Notes under the pieces: generated by a model
The model's database searches: none
What the model saw: the letters and a program-made list of their open reading frames with translations, nothing else
What the model was told of the DNA's origin: nothing
Shown: positions 23,113 through 35,463 of the stretch, one piece after another
Numbering within the stretch: position 1 is the stretch's first letter
Layout of the letters: the number at the start of each line of letters is the position of its first letter
From: Picochlorum sp. SENEW3
Taxonomy: Eukaryota
Direction: 5' to 3'
Length of the DNA stretch: 64,000 nt
Assembly (NCBI GenBank): GCA_034226945.1
Contig: CP120454.1
Location: 372,001 to 436,000, forward strand
Program-made: the position numbers and the translations under genes

Positions 23113-24869
23113 ATGTTCCATAAAGTTATTCGAAAGTCAGTTCTGTATTCGCAGACACGTCTGAGATTTGCAGGACGACAACCGGCGAGTCACTGTTTTG
23201 CTGTGCTGAATAGTGGGACAGGAGCAGCATTCACCAATACTCTGCACAGGAACAGGTGCTTATTTTCCAATAAAAAGTATCACTACAGAGACTATAGTAA
23301 GTCTCAGGGTGTGGTCGGCGGTTGTTCGAGATTTGTGATGACGAAAGCCACAGGTGTGGAGTACTCCTGCATGGAGCAAACGGCGCGAGCTAGCTCGTAC
23401 GTGGTGACCGAAGATCAAATTAATGGAGAACCAATGGAACTGAAGATATTTACGGGGATGGAAGCGAGAGACTGGCTGGACCAGTTGTCAGACAAGGACA
23501 AGAACTGGGTGAAGGCAAGCAATTTTTCAGGGAAGGATGGGGAATTGGCGCTTCTTCCCGGAAATGATGGTCAGATAGATTATGCTGTCTGCGTCTTAGA
23601 CGATTTATTTGACATTTGGGGTTATGCCAGCCTTCCATCGAAGCTGCCACCAGGATTATACCGCTCTTCTAGAAAATTGGAAGGTCACCATCCACTGTCC
23701 ATGGCAGATTCTCTCTCTCTTGGGTGGATTCTCGGGACATATTCCTTTGATAGGTATAAATCTAATCGTTCAGACAGCCAAAATCTCTCAAAGGTCAGTT
23801 TGGTGTTGCCAGAGGGAGTCAACAACGCCAATGTGTTGGGAATGGCTGAGGGAATATTTTTAGCCAGGGATATGATCTCTACCCCTGCTGAAGATATGGG
23901 TACGTAACACTTGAGCAGAATCGTGTCCACTAGTTTGTCTGACTGAATTCAATGCATGCAGCCCCTCAACATATCGAGAAAGAAGCAAGAGAACTCGCAT
24001 CCGTTCACAATGCCACGATATCATCAATCATCGGGGATGATCTTCTAAAGGAAAATTACCCAGCAATTCATACCGTTGGTAGGGCATCCGTGAATGCCCC
24101 GCGTCTTATTGATATGAGATGGTCCCCACCTGAGGGAAAGGATCTTCCAAAGATCACACTCGTTGGGAAAGGCGTTGCATTTGACACAGGTGGTCTGGAC
24201 TTGAAACCAGCAAATGCCATGAAACTCATGAAGAAAGATATGGGTGGTGCAGCCTTGGTGTTAGGGCTAGCCCATGCCATCATGAAGACAAATTTACCGG
24301 TTCAACTGCGAGTCCTAATTCCTGCAGTGGAAAATTCTGTTTCTGGGAACGCTTTCCGTCCTTTAGATATACTGCAGACGAGGGCTGGAATAACTGTGGA
24401 AAATGGCAACACGGATGCGGAAGGTCGCCTCATCTTGTGCGATGCTTTAGCAGAAGCGGTCACCGAGAAGCCCGACTTACTTTTAGATGCAGCTACATTG
24501 ACTGGAGCCGCCCGGGTTGCTCTAGGAACAGAAATGCCGGCTCTGTTCTGCACGGATGATCATGTTGCAGATGAAATCATCAGAACATCCAACCATGTGC
24601 AGGATTACATGTGGAGAATGCCTCTTCACAAGCCATACAGGAAAATGATCAGCAGCAAAACTGCCGATATCGGATCTTGTTCCGAAGGAGGATATGCCGG
24701 CGCTATCACAGCAGCCCTTTTCCTGGAAGAGTTTGTGAAAGAGGCACCTGTCTGGGCCCATGTAGATACAATGGGGTACAATCTATCATCCAAGCCTGGA
24801 AGACCAGAGGGCGGGGAAGCACTTGCATTGCGGGCTATTTTCACATACCTGAATAAAAAATACTCTTAA
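23113..24869 (+). CDS. M17 leucyl aminopeptidase (PepB-like) with N-terminal targeting peptide
   Basis: Two exons; VGKGVAFDTGGLDLK, MKKDMGG, NTDAEGRL, ATLTGA metal-binding motifs. Confidence 0.92.
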
Positions 24870-24920
24870 TTTAGTATTTGTAAGACATAGTCATTCGAAG
24901 CTCTCCCGAGGACGAAAACT

Positions 24921-25746
24921 ATGCCACTGTTCATCGCCTTTCACAAGGTACCTGAAGTCACGGCCAAAGTGCCTTTCTCGATAATTCAACTCCATGATCA
25001 GATTAAAATGAAGAATACCCCGGCAGGTTTTAAATGTAGGCACGTGTTTCCGACCAGTGGGGAGACCAGCGTTTCGGTTTGGGACTCAACGGAAACCGAT
25101 GGAACCATCCTTCTCAATTGGCTCACGGAGAATATAAATGCTGATTGTAATCACGAAGTTCATGAGGTGCGTATTTTATTGACTGACTGAATCCCTGTGG
25201 ATTGTCTTCCATAGAAGACAGCGACAGGTGGATTCCCGAGGGATCGTATGACTGGACAGTGAACCTCCTTCTCGCAACTGTGCCGGGATCCATGGCTCGG
25301 ATTTTTTTCATCTTGATAATTATTTCATCCACGTGATTCAGATCCAAGAAGCGTTTGCGTTGGGCCTGGGAGAAATTCAGAGGGCAAGGGCAACAGACAA
25401 AGTAACTTCTGGAACTGCTCAAGTTGCTGACAAGACGGCAAAGGCTATGCATGATCTTGATACGAAAATGCGCATTTCAGAGAGAACAGGAAACGCTGTG
25501 GAAGCAGTGAAAGAATCTGCAGTAATGCAGCAAACTGGTGCTGCATTTACCAAGGCTGGAGAGTCGATGAGGAGTGCCACAAGAAAGGTGATGGAGCAGC
25601 CAGCGGTCTCGAGTGCAGCTGACAGTGTAAGCGCTGGTTTCAGAAAATTAACTGCAAGCTTTTCATCCATGACAGGGAGAAATACTGCCACAAGCAGTGC
25701 AGATCCACCAGCTGTTGTGCCAGAGAACACCTCAGGGGATCCATGA
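24921..25746 (+). CDS. Hypothetical protein with a small N-terminal globular domain and a helical C-terminus
   Basis: Exons 24921-25166 and 25342-25746 join in phase 0 through a GT-AG intron. Confidence 0.65.
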
Positions 25747-26296
25747 CACGCCCTTTTTTGCCATCATCGAGCGCTTCGAGGTAATTCAAGTCCCATTTTA
25801 TGCCATGTGGAGTGCAATCGAACAATTCACGTCTGACCCTGGCACAGAGACTATTCAGGCTCAGATCTGCATGAATCTCCAGCAGACTTTCATGAAGTTT
25901 CTTTGGTAATTCGATTGGGTGCAGGAATATCATTGTACGCACATGGCCTGTTAATTTAATATGTGATATATTGTAATCGCTAATTAGTCATTCTCCCGGC
26001 ATAGGTTTACACGATCCAAGGGGAAAACAAACCAATATCTAGGGTTTGGGATAACAATGCATCAGAATGCTATAAATTCTAGAGAAACTGGAGAAAGCAA
26101 CAAAACAAACCAATATTTTAGAGTATCACTGGAGTATACACACACGTGTAGCAGATATACAAAAGAAAAAGGAATTCTTTCATTCATTGTTACCGCACAA
26201 AAAGTGAGTTTTGAATCTTTGTGACGTTGCTCTGACTATTTGTGATTGAGTTTGAAAGGTGTTTCCAGGGCAACCGTGTTCAAGGCGGAGCAAAAA

Positions 26297-28510
26297 ATGT
26301 ACTTTAACATTTTCTTTCTCATTTCACAAGTCATATGGATCCAGCCACTCGTGGTAGCAGGACTTCCATCCCTCTCGACATGGCAAGGGGCTTCTCTCCG
26401 AGAAATGTTGCAGCCCCAATCAGGTATGTGACGTCTCGTTGATAGGTTAATGCACATTTCACTATTGACTTTATTTTTTGATGTGCCAACAGAGTTATCC
26501 TGTAATTCCAAGCATAGTAGCTTGATCCAAGGCGAGTCAAAGTTTGTTTTCAGGGCAGAGGATATAATCTCAAATGGAAATATCTCACAGACATTCGAAC
26601 AAACCGTTTGTTCTGGGTCCTCGATAATATCAAACGTCTGGGCGACAGAACGCAATATCACATGTTTTAATTCAGAAGGAGTGGAAATGAAGTGTCAGGA
26701 ATTTTGTCTTGAGGAAATATCTATTATTTTTGGGGTGCCAACAGTTAGACCTGCCTTCTCTGACCTGGAAGACTGTATCCAGAATCCGCATAGGGCGGAA
26801 TGCAAAAGCATCAAGTCCTTCTCCACGATACTCAACCCTCCTTGCACACCTTCAACATCCTCAGGGCGAATCGAAGTGGTTGGGAAGTTCACAGCGACGT
26901 GCTGTGAGTCTGATAATGTACTCCCATGGAAAAACAGGTATGTTTGATCTCCTTGTGTGATGGAGTGTGCACAATTTCGCATCGAATCCTTGATCATGAA
27001 TTTAATGAGTGCAGAAAGTGTAGCCTGCCCCTTCACTCGATAACCATGCCTCCAACGCATGTGCATGTTGATACTTTGGATTCATGTGATCCCTCTTTGT
27101 CTGTCTCATGGAAAGAGCCTCTCGTGGATTACATTTGCCCTGTAGATATTACTCATTACAAAGTATCTTGCAACTCGGCGAATGATGCCGTCTCCAAGAT
27201 GGTTTCTGATTCAGTATTGAGTACTGAGCTGCCTGTTATCGCTGGGGAGAAATATCTTTGCAGTGTTGAGAGTGTTTCACATATTGGCAAATCTCGCAAG
27301 ATTTATGGTCGACCGGTAACTTACAGGTAACAATCTTGTTCCTATGAATCGATCTTTGGTAGCTATTTGAACACGATCAATGATCTTCATCATGCTGTGC
27401 AGATATCCGGAAAAGTGCTTGCCATCTTCTCCTTCTAACGTGACAACGGAGTTTGCTGGGTCCTTCGCACAGGATTCCAGAAAGGTGCTCTGGTTAGCAG
27501 CTGGCAATCCTGACTCACCGATTCTCAACTATAAAGTTTCTTGCCAGTCAGATAGCCTCGAATCATCTACTTTGGTGCCTGGAGATTCCTTACAGGCAAT
27601 TGTCACAGGCTTGGAATTAAATTCAACTTACACTTGCACTGTTACTGCCATCACTGCTGCAGGACCTGGACCAATATCAGATCCATCAGATCCGTTTGAC
27701 ACTCCGTCTCTAGTGACAATCAACAAGTATCCAACGGGACCTGCAAACGCATCTTACGAAGTGTGGCTTGTTGACAGAAAGAAGCCTGATGTGTGGACAA
27801 GTATATCAGAGTATGAAGGAAAGGCAAATGTCTTGATAACTGGAGTAAAAGACGAAGATGTAGATACTACATCGTCCTTCTACAATAATCAGGGTCGTCA
27901 GTATAGATTTGACCGCAGCATAAAAACTGGTGACACGATCGTGCAAGCTGCAAGTCTGTACATTCCAAGCACCTGGTCTCAGGTGAATCTGTCTGATTCA
28001 AGTACGTGGAAAACGGCTACATTTTGGTCTTCTATCTATGCGCCTCCCGATGAATCAGGACAAGGACCTTTCTCCGTTTTTGGATTTAAGAATGCCCCAT
28101 TCAAGGCCTTGGCAAATGCCAACGATCAGGATGCATCAAGTGATTATGTCCAGTTTGTTGCTTGGGATCCAACACAAGGTTACTGGGCCATTGATCCAAA
28201 CGATTTCCCCGTCAAATTCGATCAGTGGAATGATTTGGTCGTCAAATTGGCTGTGAAAGGGGATTTATCTTCGAGGACAGTTTCATACCAATATTTTGTC
28301 AATGGAGACCTTGCAGTAGAGTTCCCAGACATTCCATTGGATAACTCCCTGACGGACCTTGTCTTTTTGGTGAACACGGTCAATGCATGCTCAGGATTCG
28401 CAAATTACAATGATGCTATCTGTGATAAGAATGCACCTGGGAATACCTGTTGTACAGGATCAACTTATGATACCTATAGGACCATCGATGCTTACTTTGT
28501 GGAACAATAA
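26297..28510 (+). CDS. Secreted protein: Cys-rich region, two fibronectin type III domains and a C-terminal beta-rich domain
   Basis: Signal peptide MYFNIFFLISQVIWIQPLVVAG; four phase-consistent exons; FN3 patterns VSWKEP...THYKVSC and PSSPSNV...LNYKVSC...VTGLELNSTYTCTVTAITAAGPG. Confidence 0.8.
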
Positions 28511-29140
28511 ACAATCCAGGATATAGACGGATGGATCATCAGATGGAGGCTGTGATACAGGAAAGAAGAGCAACTGTAGCTCGAGCTGGTCATGAAAAAT
28601 CGTTTCACATTTTATTCATATCCTTGTAAAAATTTGTAGATATGTCTGTATAAAGTTGCAAAAGCATATCAGAATGTATGCATGCCGTCCGTACGGCGGA
28701 ATGAAGCTCGTACAGGCACTCATCTAGCACATGCGCGTCTGCGACATACATCGCGACACAGCAGGCAGACATCACGCTCAGGCGTGCATACTCCGACTCA
28801 CCATCTATGCTTGAGGAGCTTGTCTGATTTGTGGAATACAGACAAGGTGTACCAACTATAAGAACGATCCTGTTCAAGTATAGTCGATAGAGTGAAGAGG
28901 GGATCAAGCATATAAGTACCGGTTCTTTAGATCTCCTTGAAGATTATGGGCCAAAATACCCTACACACCAACAAACACAAAACTCCCTCTCTATGCGGAT
29001 ACGATATCAACATAATCATACTAAAATGACAATTAGGCTCTAATTTTGTGGAAACGTTCTCGGCAACCACTGGATACTCCCAGGGCGTCGACCTCTCGGA
29101 GAAATCTGTTCAAACGTAGCACGAGAAGTCAGATTAAGCA

Positions 29141-30554
29141 ATGACCTTGAATGCCGAGAACATATGCTACTATCTTCTAGGTATCGGTACATTAATGCCA
29201 TGGAATGCCTTTATAACTGCAGCAGATTATTACGCATTACAGTTTCCTGTACGTTGATAGAAACTGCCACTGTTCCTGGGTTCATAAAGATATGGGATAT
29301 AGCTGAAAATGTGATGCGCAGGGCAAACATGTGGATAGGTTAATCACAGTGTTATATCTCCCTTTGAATCTAATTGCCCTGAGCCTATTTGTTTTATGCC
29401 ACGATGCAAGATACGCTAGACTTCGCATTGTTGTGGGCTTCACAGTATTCAGCATTGCTATGCTTCTGGTACCCCTGGTGCGTTGTACATCTTTAACCAG
29501 CTGAAGATATGTCGGTATCATTCTTTCGAGATTCCTTTCTTGAGTACTCTGTCTGTATTGGACGCAGTTGGATTCCCTAGATGTTCAGTCTTTGGGTCTT
29601 TTGCTCTCATTTGTTGCTGTTTCTGGAGCTGCCGATGGAGCAGCTCAGGGGGCGCTATTCGGAGTTGCTGCTGTATCCAGAGATTCTGCGATCAACACAC
29701 AGATGCTCATTAGCGGAACTTCGACCTCCGGGGTCATTGTCTGCCTCATTCGTCTTGGGACAAAAGGTATCTTCCATGGGGAGGAGGGAGTGACTTTGTC
29801 ATCGAATCTGTACTTTTTGATCTCTGGCCTCATATGTGTTTGTTGTACATTCATTTTCTGTTGGGTACTTTCAAAGTACGATCACGATATCTCCAGATTG
29901 TATGTGTTTGACGCATCTGATATCACGAATGAGGAGTCTTCTTCCCATGGCCTCCAAGAAGAGGCTCAAGATCATTATTTGGGTTTAGACGAGTCTCGTA
30001 AGAGAATTTTGAGCATAGAAGAATCATCATATCCTATAGAGAATGATAGTTTCACAAAAATCAATGCACAAGCTTTGGAAGTTTCTCGAGAGATCATTCA
30101 CCCAATGATAGCATTGGTGGTCTGCTACGTTGTGACACTATCCATTTTCCCTGGGGTTTTAGCAGAGGATTTAGGTCAGGATGCATCGAAGAGCTGGTAT
30201 CCCATCATATTGATATTTGCATTCAACGTGAGTGATTTCATAGGGAAAATGTGCCCACCTGGCGTTCAAAGTATATTCGCTTCCAAGAACAAAGTGTTGA
30301 CAATATCAGTATTACGAGCTCTTTTCATTCCTCTATTCTTGATAGCGGCTCATTCCTCAGTCTCTACTCCATTTGTTTCAATATTGACTATCCTTCTTGG
30401 ACTCACAAATGGGGCATTGACAACGGTTTGTATGGTATTTGCTCCCACCCTTGTATCTCCTGATAAAATGGACTTGTGTGGTAACCTAACAGTGTTGGCG
30501 CTAGTGGTAGGACTTAATTTGGGTGCCTTCTCTGGTTTTCTATGGCTCTTGTAG
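29141..30554 (+). CDS. Equilibrative nucleoside transporter (ENT/SLC29)
   Basis: LLGIGTLMPWNAFITAADYY, VVTLSIFPG, FNVSDFIGK, LLGLTNG; three exons. Confidence 0.92.
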
Positions 30555-30872
30555 TATGCAGATGCATTCACAGGTACTTCATGTATCACGAGGAGCCATT
30601 TCTAGATGAGAATGCATCTGCAGTGGAATGAACTCCATTTGACAAGACGCTACGCTATCGTGTCAAATCGATTTGTTCATCTGCAAATCGGGGCCCTCGT
30701 ATTCTAAATATATGGGTTAATTACATTGAGAATATTTGCTAGCATAGGCACTGAGAGCAAGTATCCTCTGTCTTCTCACTTGCTCTCGTTCTGCTGTGTG
30801 CACAGTGCAAAAGTTCTGTGTTTGGCGATACACGTCGATCTGGTAATCAAATGCGTGCATTCAATAGTGTGA

Positions 30873-31803
30873 ATGAAGAAGGGTATTGAAGAAATACACG
30901 CAGAGGCGTGCTTTGCCAACCAAGACACATACACTGACCCTGTGACTGGATACACTGTGTTTACCTCTCTTGCACATAAAAAGCGGGGTGTTTGCTGTGG
31001 TTCAGGATGCAGGTATGTAGGAAGATGTGTACTGATCTTTTAATGATGTCGCGTTGCTATTGCTCATCATGAGTTCATACTATGCAAGGCACTGTCCATT
31101 TTCTCATGAGCGCTGCCAGCATGGTGCTAGCCAGCGAATGTTTGAAAAGCCTCGGTACATCAAAAATTCTCGTGTTAGAGATGACAGCCGATCTACATGC
31201 AGACCACCAGTAGTACTGTTTTTCTCTGGCGGAAAGGATTCATTCTTGTCGCTTGCTTTGGCACTCAAAGATTCTCACACAAAGGTGATACTTTTAAGCA
31301 CATATGATCCTGCAATGGGGATGAATGGGATACAGCAGGTTCCGATTTTTGAAATTGAGAATTTCGCATCGATGAATGAACTTGATTTGATTGCCGTGCC
31401 TATCAGCTCAAACTCATTGCCATATACTGACATGGTTCACTTAGGACTGCAATTAGTTCCTGGGGGCAAAGTCGATGCTCTCATATTCGGCGATATCCAT
31501 CTAGAACATATCAGAAGATGGCGAGAAGATGAGTTTTCAGCCAGGCTAGGATATTTATGTAGATTTCCGTTGTGGAGGCAAGACTACTCTGCATTGATCA
31601 AACTCCTGAGAATGGCATGTTTGGAGTACAAGGTGAATATTGTCTTTTGTGCAATCTACGACGACGATTTGAGAGAGAAGTTATCACCGGGGATGCTTTA
31701 TGATGATTTGGCGATTCAAACTATCATAGAATCTGGGAAGGACATGTTTGGAGAGAATGGGGAGTTTCACACACGTGTACAACTTGCTTGTTCTTCAGTA
31801 TAG
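30873..31803 (+). CDS. DUF5522 (C1orf53-like) domain fused to a DUF71/Dph6-related PP-loop ATPase
   Basis: Exon 1 (30873-31012) YTDPVTGYTVFT...RGVCCGSGCR; exon 2 (from 31089) HCPF...FFSGGKDS...FGDIHLEHIRRWRE...FPLW...FGENGEFHT. Confidence 0.85.
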
Positions 31804-31973
31804 AGGGGTATCAATCTTCATCCCCTTCATATCATCACACGTAGACTCTGTAGCTTTCTATGTCTCATGTAACATGGACAGAAAAAGGATAACACGCCAT
31901 TCCTCAACAAGTGCATCACGAGTGGCAAATCACCGTGGCCTTGAACTGAACTCAGTCAGTTCCAACCCCACTC

Positions 31974-34297
31974 ATGATCATGAGTCAGTGGATTCCTTTG
32001 ACGAAATTATCTGATGAAGCGTCTGATGAAACGTCAGTGGCCATCAAATGCATGCCCTTATTTGAATTGATATATTGGAGCATATCGAAGTACAATGCAA
32101 CACAGGAATCGTCCGTTGTCATTGAAGGTATGTGTGCAGACGCGAAAGTAGTTTGTTTGACCCCCTCGATTTCCTGAGACCTTTGGAACTGACCGACGCT
32201 TGCTTATTTCAAACACAGGTCGCTTTAGGTGATCTAGTTTTCGAAAATATAAAGTCCCTGTTGCAAGAGGCTCATCTGAGCTGCCAGGACTGGCTGGAAA
32301 ACTTTTCTTGCCATGGAGCAGTTCGGGCCAGCGCTGGTCGAATTTTCCTGCAGATTTCTTTCGAATCTGTCGTTGATGGGGTATCTCTGTCAATGGAAGA
32401 GTTTTTGAATGTTTTGCTGCTTGCAAATTTGTGCTTCGCCCCTGTCGAGTTTTTCCGTTGCGCCAACTTTATGGTGTCCCGCCAGGAGCCTTGTCTGCTT
32501 TCGAGCAAGGGAATTTTGTCGCCTCAAATATTCTCTTATCTGCGCTGGAAAGTCATGACAGTAGTCAGAAAAGTAGAGATGGTCTTCCATCAAGTATCAG
32601 AGCTGGGGAATCAGGACCAATGCTCATTCCCAAGCACGGATGGTTGTAGAGTACAGCAGCAAGCCTTAATCTCTGAAGCTCGCATGGAGGAGTCTTCCTC
32701 CATGCCTGGATCTCTTATTGTTCATAGAAAAATATGTATGAAACCTATATATCGAGACAGGAATGCGCTCGAGGTTGACAACAGTGCTCTTGTGCAGCAA
32801 GTTATGCACCCTTGCCTCTCAGTCCTTGCGGGAATGATTCTACAGTGCGGCATTGTTTCATCAAATCCTAGCAGTAAGGCATCCTCAAGGGGATTAAATG
32901 ACAAAAGGAAGAGGGTTGACAATCCAGGCAGAAGAAATGGCAGTAGGAAGAAAGCTTCATCCTCATCCAAGCCAAAGGGGCAGGTTCAGCAGAAATGTCC
33001 AGGCTCCTCCTTGAGAGAGACAAATGGTACGAAATGAATATTACAGTCTTAGATCATGTTCAGAGTGAATAACTTTGCTGTAAACTTCAGGATTTGTAGC
33101 CAAGAAATCCCATGACAGCACCAAAACTAACAAGAGCAGTGCCAATAAGGCAAGAATGAAGGGAAAAAAGAAAAAGGCTATCTCTGAGAACGAATCAAAT
33201 CGAAATGAATATGATAAAGCATTGGGAAGGATGAAAGGCCAGATGTCTAGATTTCGACAAGAGCAGGCGTTGATCATGGCTTATGATGCTGATGGGTGGA
33301 ACGGTGCCAGCAGGGAAAAAGTTAAACCCCACACTGAAATAGCTAGAGCGAGACTATCAATAGCTAAATGCTTGGAGACTATACGGGACTGTATTAGAAT
33401 CTGTGACGAGGCTGGTGGCGACAAATCTATCCCTTCAGAATGTTTTGATGAGGAAGGAGAATTGGATGCTGATAGTATTTTTTGTGGAAAATGTCTCAAA
33501 TCAGACTCCACAGATGATAACGACATTATCTTGTGCGATGGTATATGCGATCGAGCGTATCATATGAAATGTATTTTTCCTCCTCTTGACGCATCGGTGC
33601 TGGAAGATACTTCTGATGAGGGCTGGCTTTGTCCAGCTTGCGACAGAAAGATTGACATGATTGACGAAATCAATGACGAGTTCGGGACTGATTATGACTA
33701 TGAAGAATCGTGGGAGAAAATACTTCTGCCAGATAGCCTTCCAAAGCACGAACACTATGATTTCCAGACAGTGGAAGAGTGCGAAGCTATGAGACAGATA
33801 TCGTGGCTTGATGGCTTGGAACTCCCAAGCGAAGATGAAAGCGACGAGGATTTCCGGTACGGCATTGCAGTTTTTGCATTTGTTTCCCTTTCTTATATCA
33901 CTACTTCTGACAAATTATATTTCGTGATCTCAGTGCCGATAACTCAGCAGATTCTTCCCAGGATGCCAACTCCAACTCTGATAGTGAATCTGTTGACTCT
34001 GAAAACGAATTGCACTCTTGTACTAGCGAAGAATTGAAAGGGACCATCAAAGATGTAGAGCTAGATGCATTAGAAGGAGTCACTCAAGACAAGATGGACA
34101 GAGAGGGATTATACAAGCTCCTCGAGGACAACTCCCCAGAGCATGTAGAAGGAAAGAGAAAGCGAACCAAAGTCGATTACAAAGCTCTGAACCAGGAACT
34201 TTTCGGTGGCATTGAGTCACCTGACATGAAATTTCCTGTTCATGGCTCCGATTCTGACTCAGATGATGCCGTGTGGTCCCCCACAGCTAAGGAATAA
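31974..34297 (+). CDS. PHD-finger protein related to plant PRH/HAT3.1, with a long unrecognised N-terminal region
   Basis: EQALIMAYDADGWNGASREKVKP, PHD IFCGKC...ILCDGICDRAYHMKC...WLCPACD, LPSEDESDEDF, KRTKVDYKAL; ORF 32132-33037 splices in frame into 33156; start uncertain. Confidence 0.8.
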
Positions 34298-34401
34298 TAA
34301 ATAAAGGCTCTGTCGGTTGTCCTACTCATATCTCTTTCTCAAGAATCCAACAGACTGCATTGTCACCCTGAACCCTCTTTTTTTGCTTGAAGATCAAACA
34401 T

Positions 34402-34419
34402 GTATATATATATATATAT
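34402..34419. repeat. (TA)n microsatellite
   Basis: gtatatatatatatatat in intergenic DNA. Confidence 0.8.
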
Positions 34420-34614
34420 GTGATTTCAATGCGATGGTGGATCATTATATTACCCAAGGGTAATATTATAATACCCTTGGGCCAACCATGGCCATGAGCA
34501 AATCCCATCATCATCTGATCTTTCAACAAAGATTTCAAAATCCTGGCCTCTACCCTCCAATTCCAGAGAAAAAAAATACAATTTTATTAACATTTCATTT
34601 ACAGTACAATTGCT

Positions 34615-35330
34615 ATGGAGTCACTTTGTATCTCAGGGGCGTCTTTTGCGTCATCAGTCCCAGGAAGACAGTCGCGCCACTCGTTACTCCAAAGGAATTT
34701 AATTCATGTTAGGCATTGCATTAAGCGTCTTAAAGCTGTAGAAACGGAATTATATCCAATAGAACCTCTCATAGATGATGTTAAATACCAAGTATGTTGG
34801 TTGTGGTTGGTCGACAAACCGTTCCACTGTTCTAACTCAAAATGTTCATCATTCAGGACGGCATGTTCTCAGTATCTGGTAGAATATACAGTGAAGTTCC
34901 ATCCTATGACATCTACAGCACTCTGACTGATTACGACTCTCTGCCTAGGGTGTTTCACAATGTTGACCATTGCTCTGTCCGTATTTCTGAGGATGGACGC
35001 AAATTCATCCATCAAATGGTCTTGTGGAACTTTTTAATTTTCCGAGGTTCATTTGAGACAGCTTTACAAGTATCTGAAGATTCTCAAAATCTCAAACTAT
35101 CTTTCAGTCTGCTGGAATCCGCGTTTATGAAACAATTTATAGGGACATGGGGTGTCGAAGAGGACCCAGGGACAGGTATTTCAATGGTCAGGCACTCTCT
35201 CTGTGTAGCACCTGCTGTGCGACCACCGCAGAAGATAGGGGATTTAACCAAACGAATTTTCGAAGCCCAAGTGAGAATGATATTGCAAGACCTTTCTGCA
35301 GAATTGTCTCGGCATAGGTCTATGGATTGA
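34615..35330 (+). CDS. Polyketide cyclase/START-like (SRPBCC) protein, probably plastid-targeted
   Basis: Transit-like exon, then IYSTLTDYDSLPRVFHNV...FMKQFIGTW. Confidence 0.8.
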
Positions 35331-35463
35331 GGTGATCTCGTGATTGCCAACCAGTTTTGAAAAGAAAAGAAGAATGCATGTACTTCCAAAATAATAAAAA
35401 ATGTTCCGTGGAATATCTAAGAGTAAATGATGTAATTGTAATCACCAAGAGAGAGTTTCATCT

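Noticed and set aside
25248..25290. SECIS-like ATGA...AA...GA hairpin
   Set aside because: It lies in an intron, the spacing is short, and no upstream gene has a plausible in-frame Sec UGA.
25640..25942. 100-aa minus-strand ORF
   Set aside because: Overlaps the end of a better-supported + gene and has no motif.
31054..31803. Canonical diphthamide synthase DPH6
   Set aside because: Has GENGEFHT and FGDIHL instead of the Dph6 motifs; reported as a finding instead.
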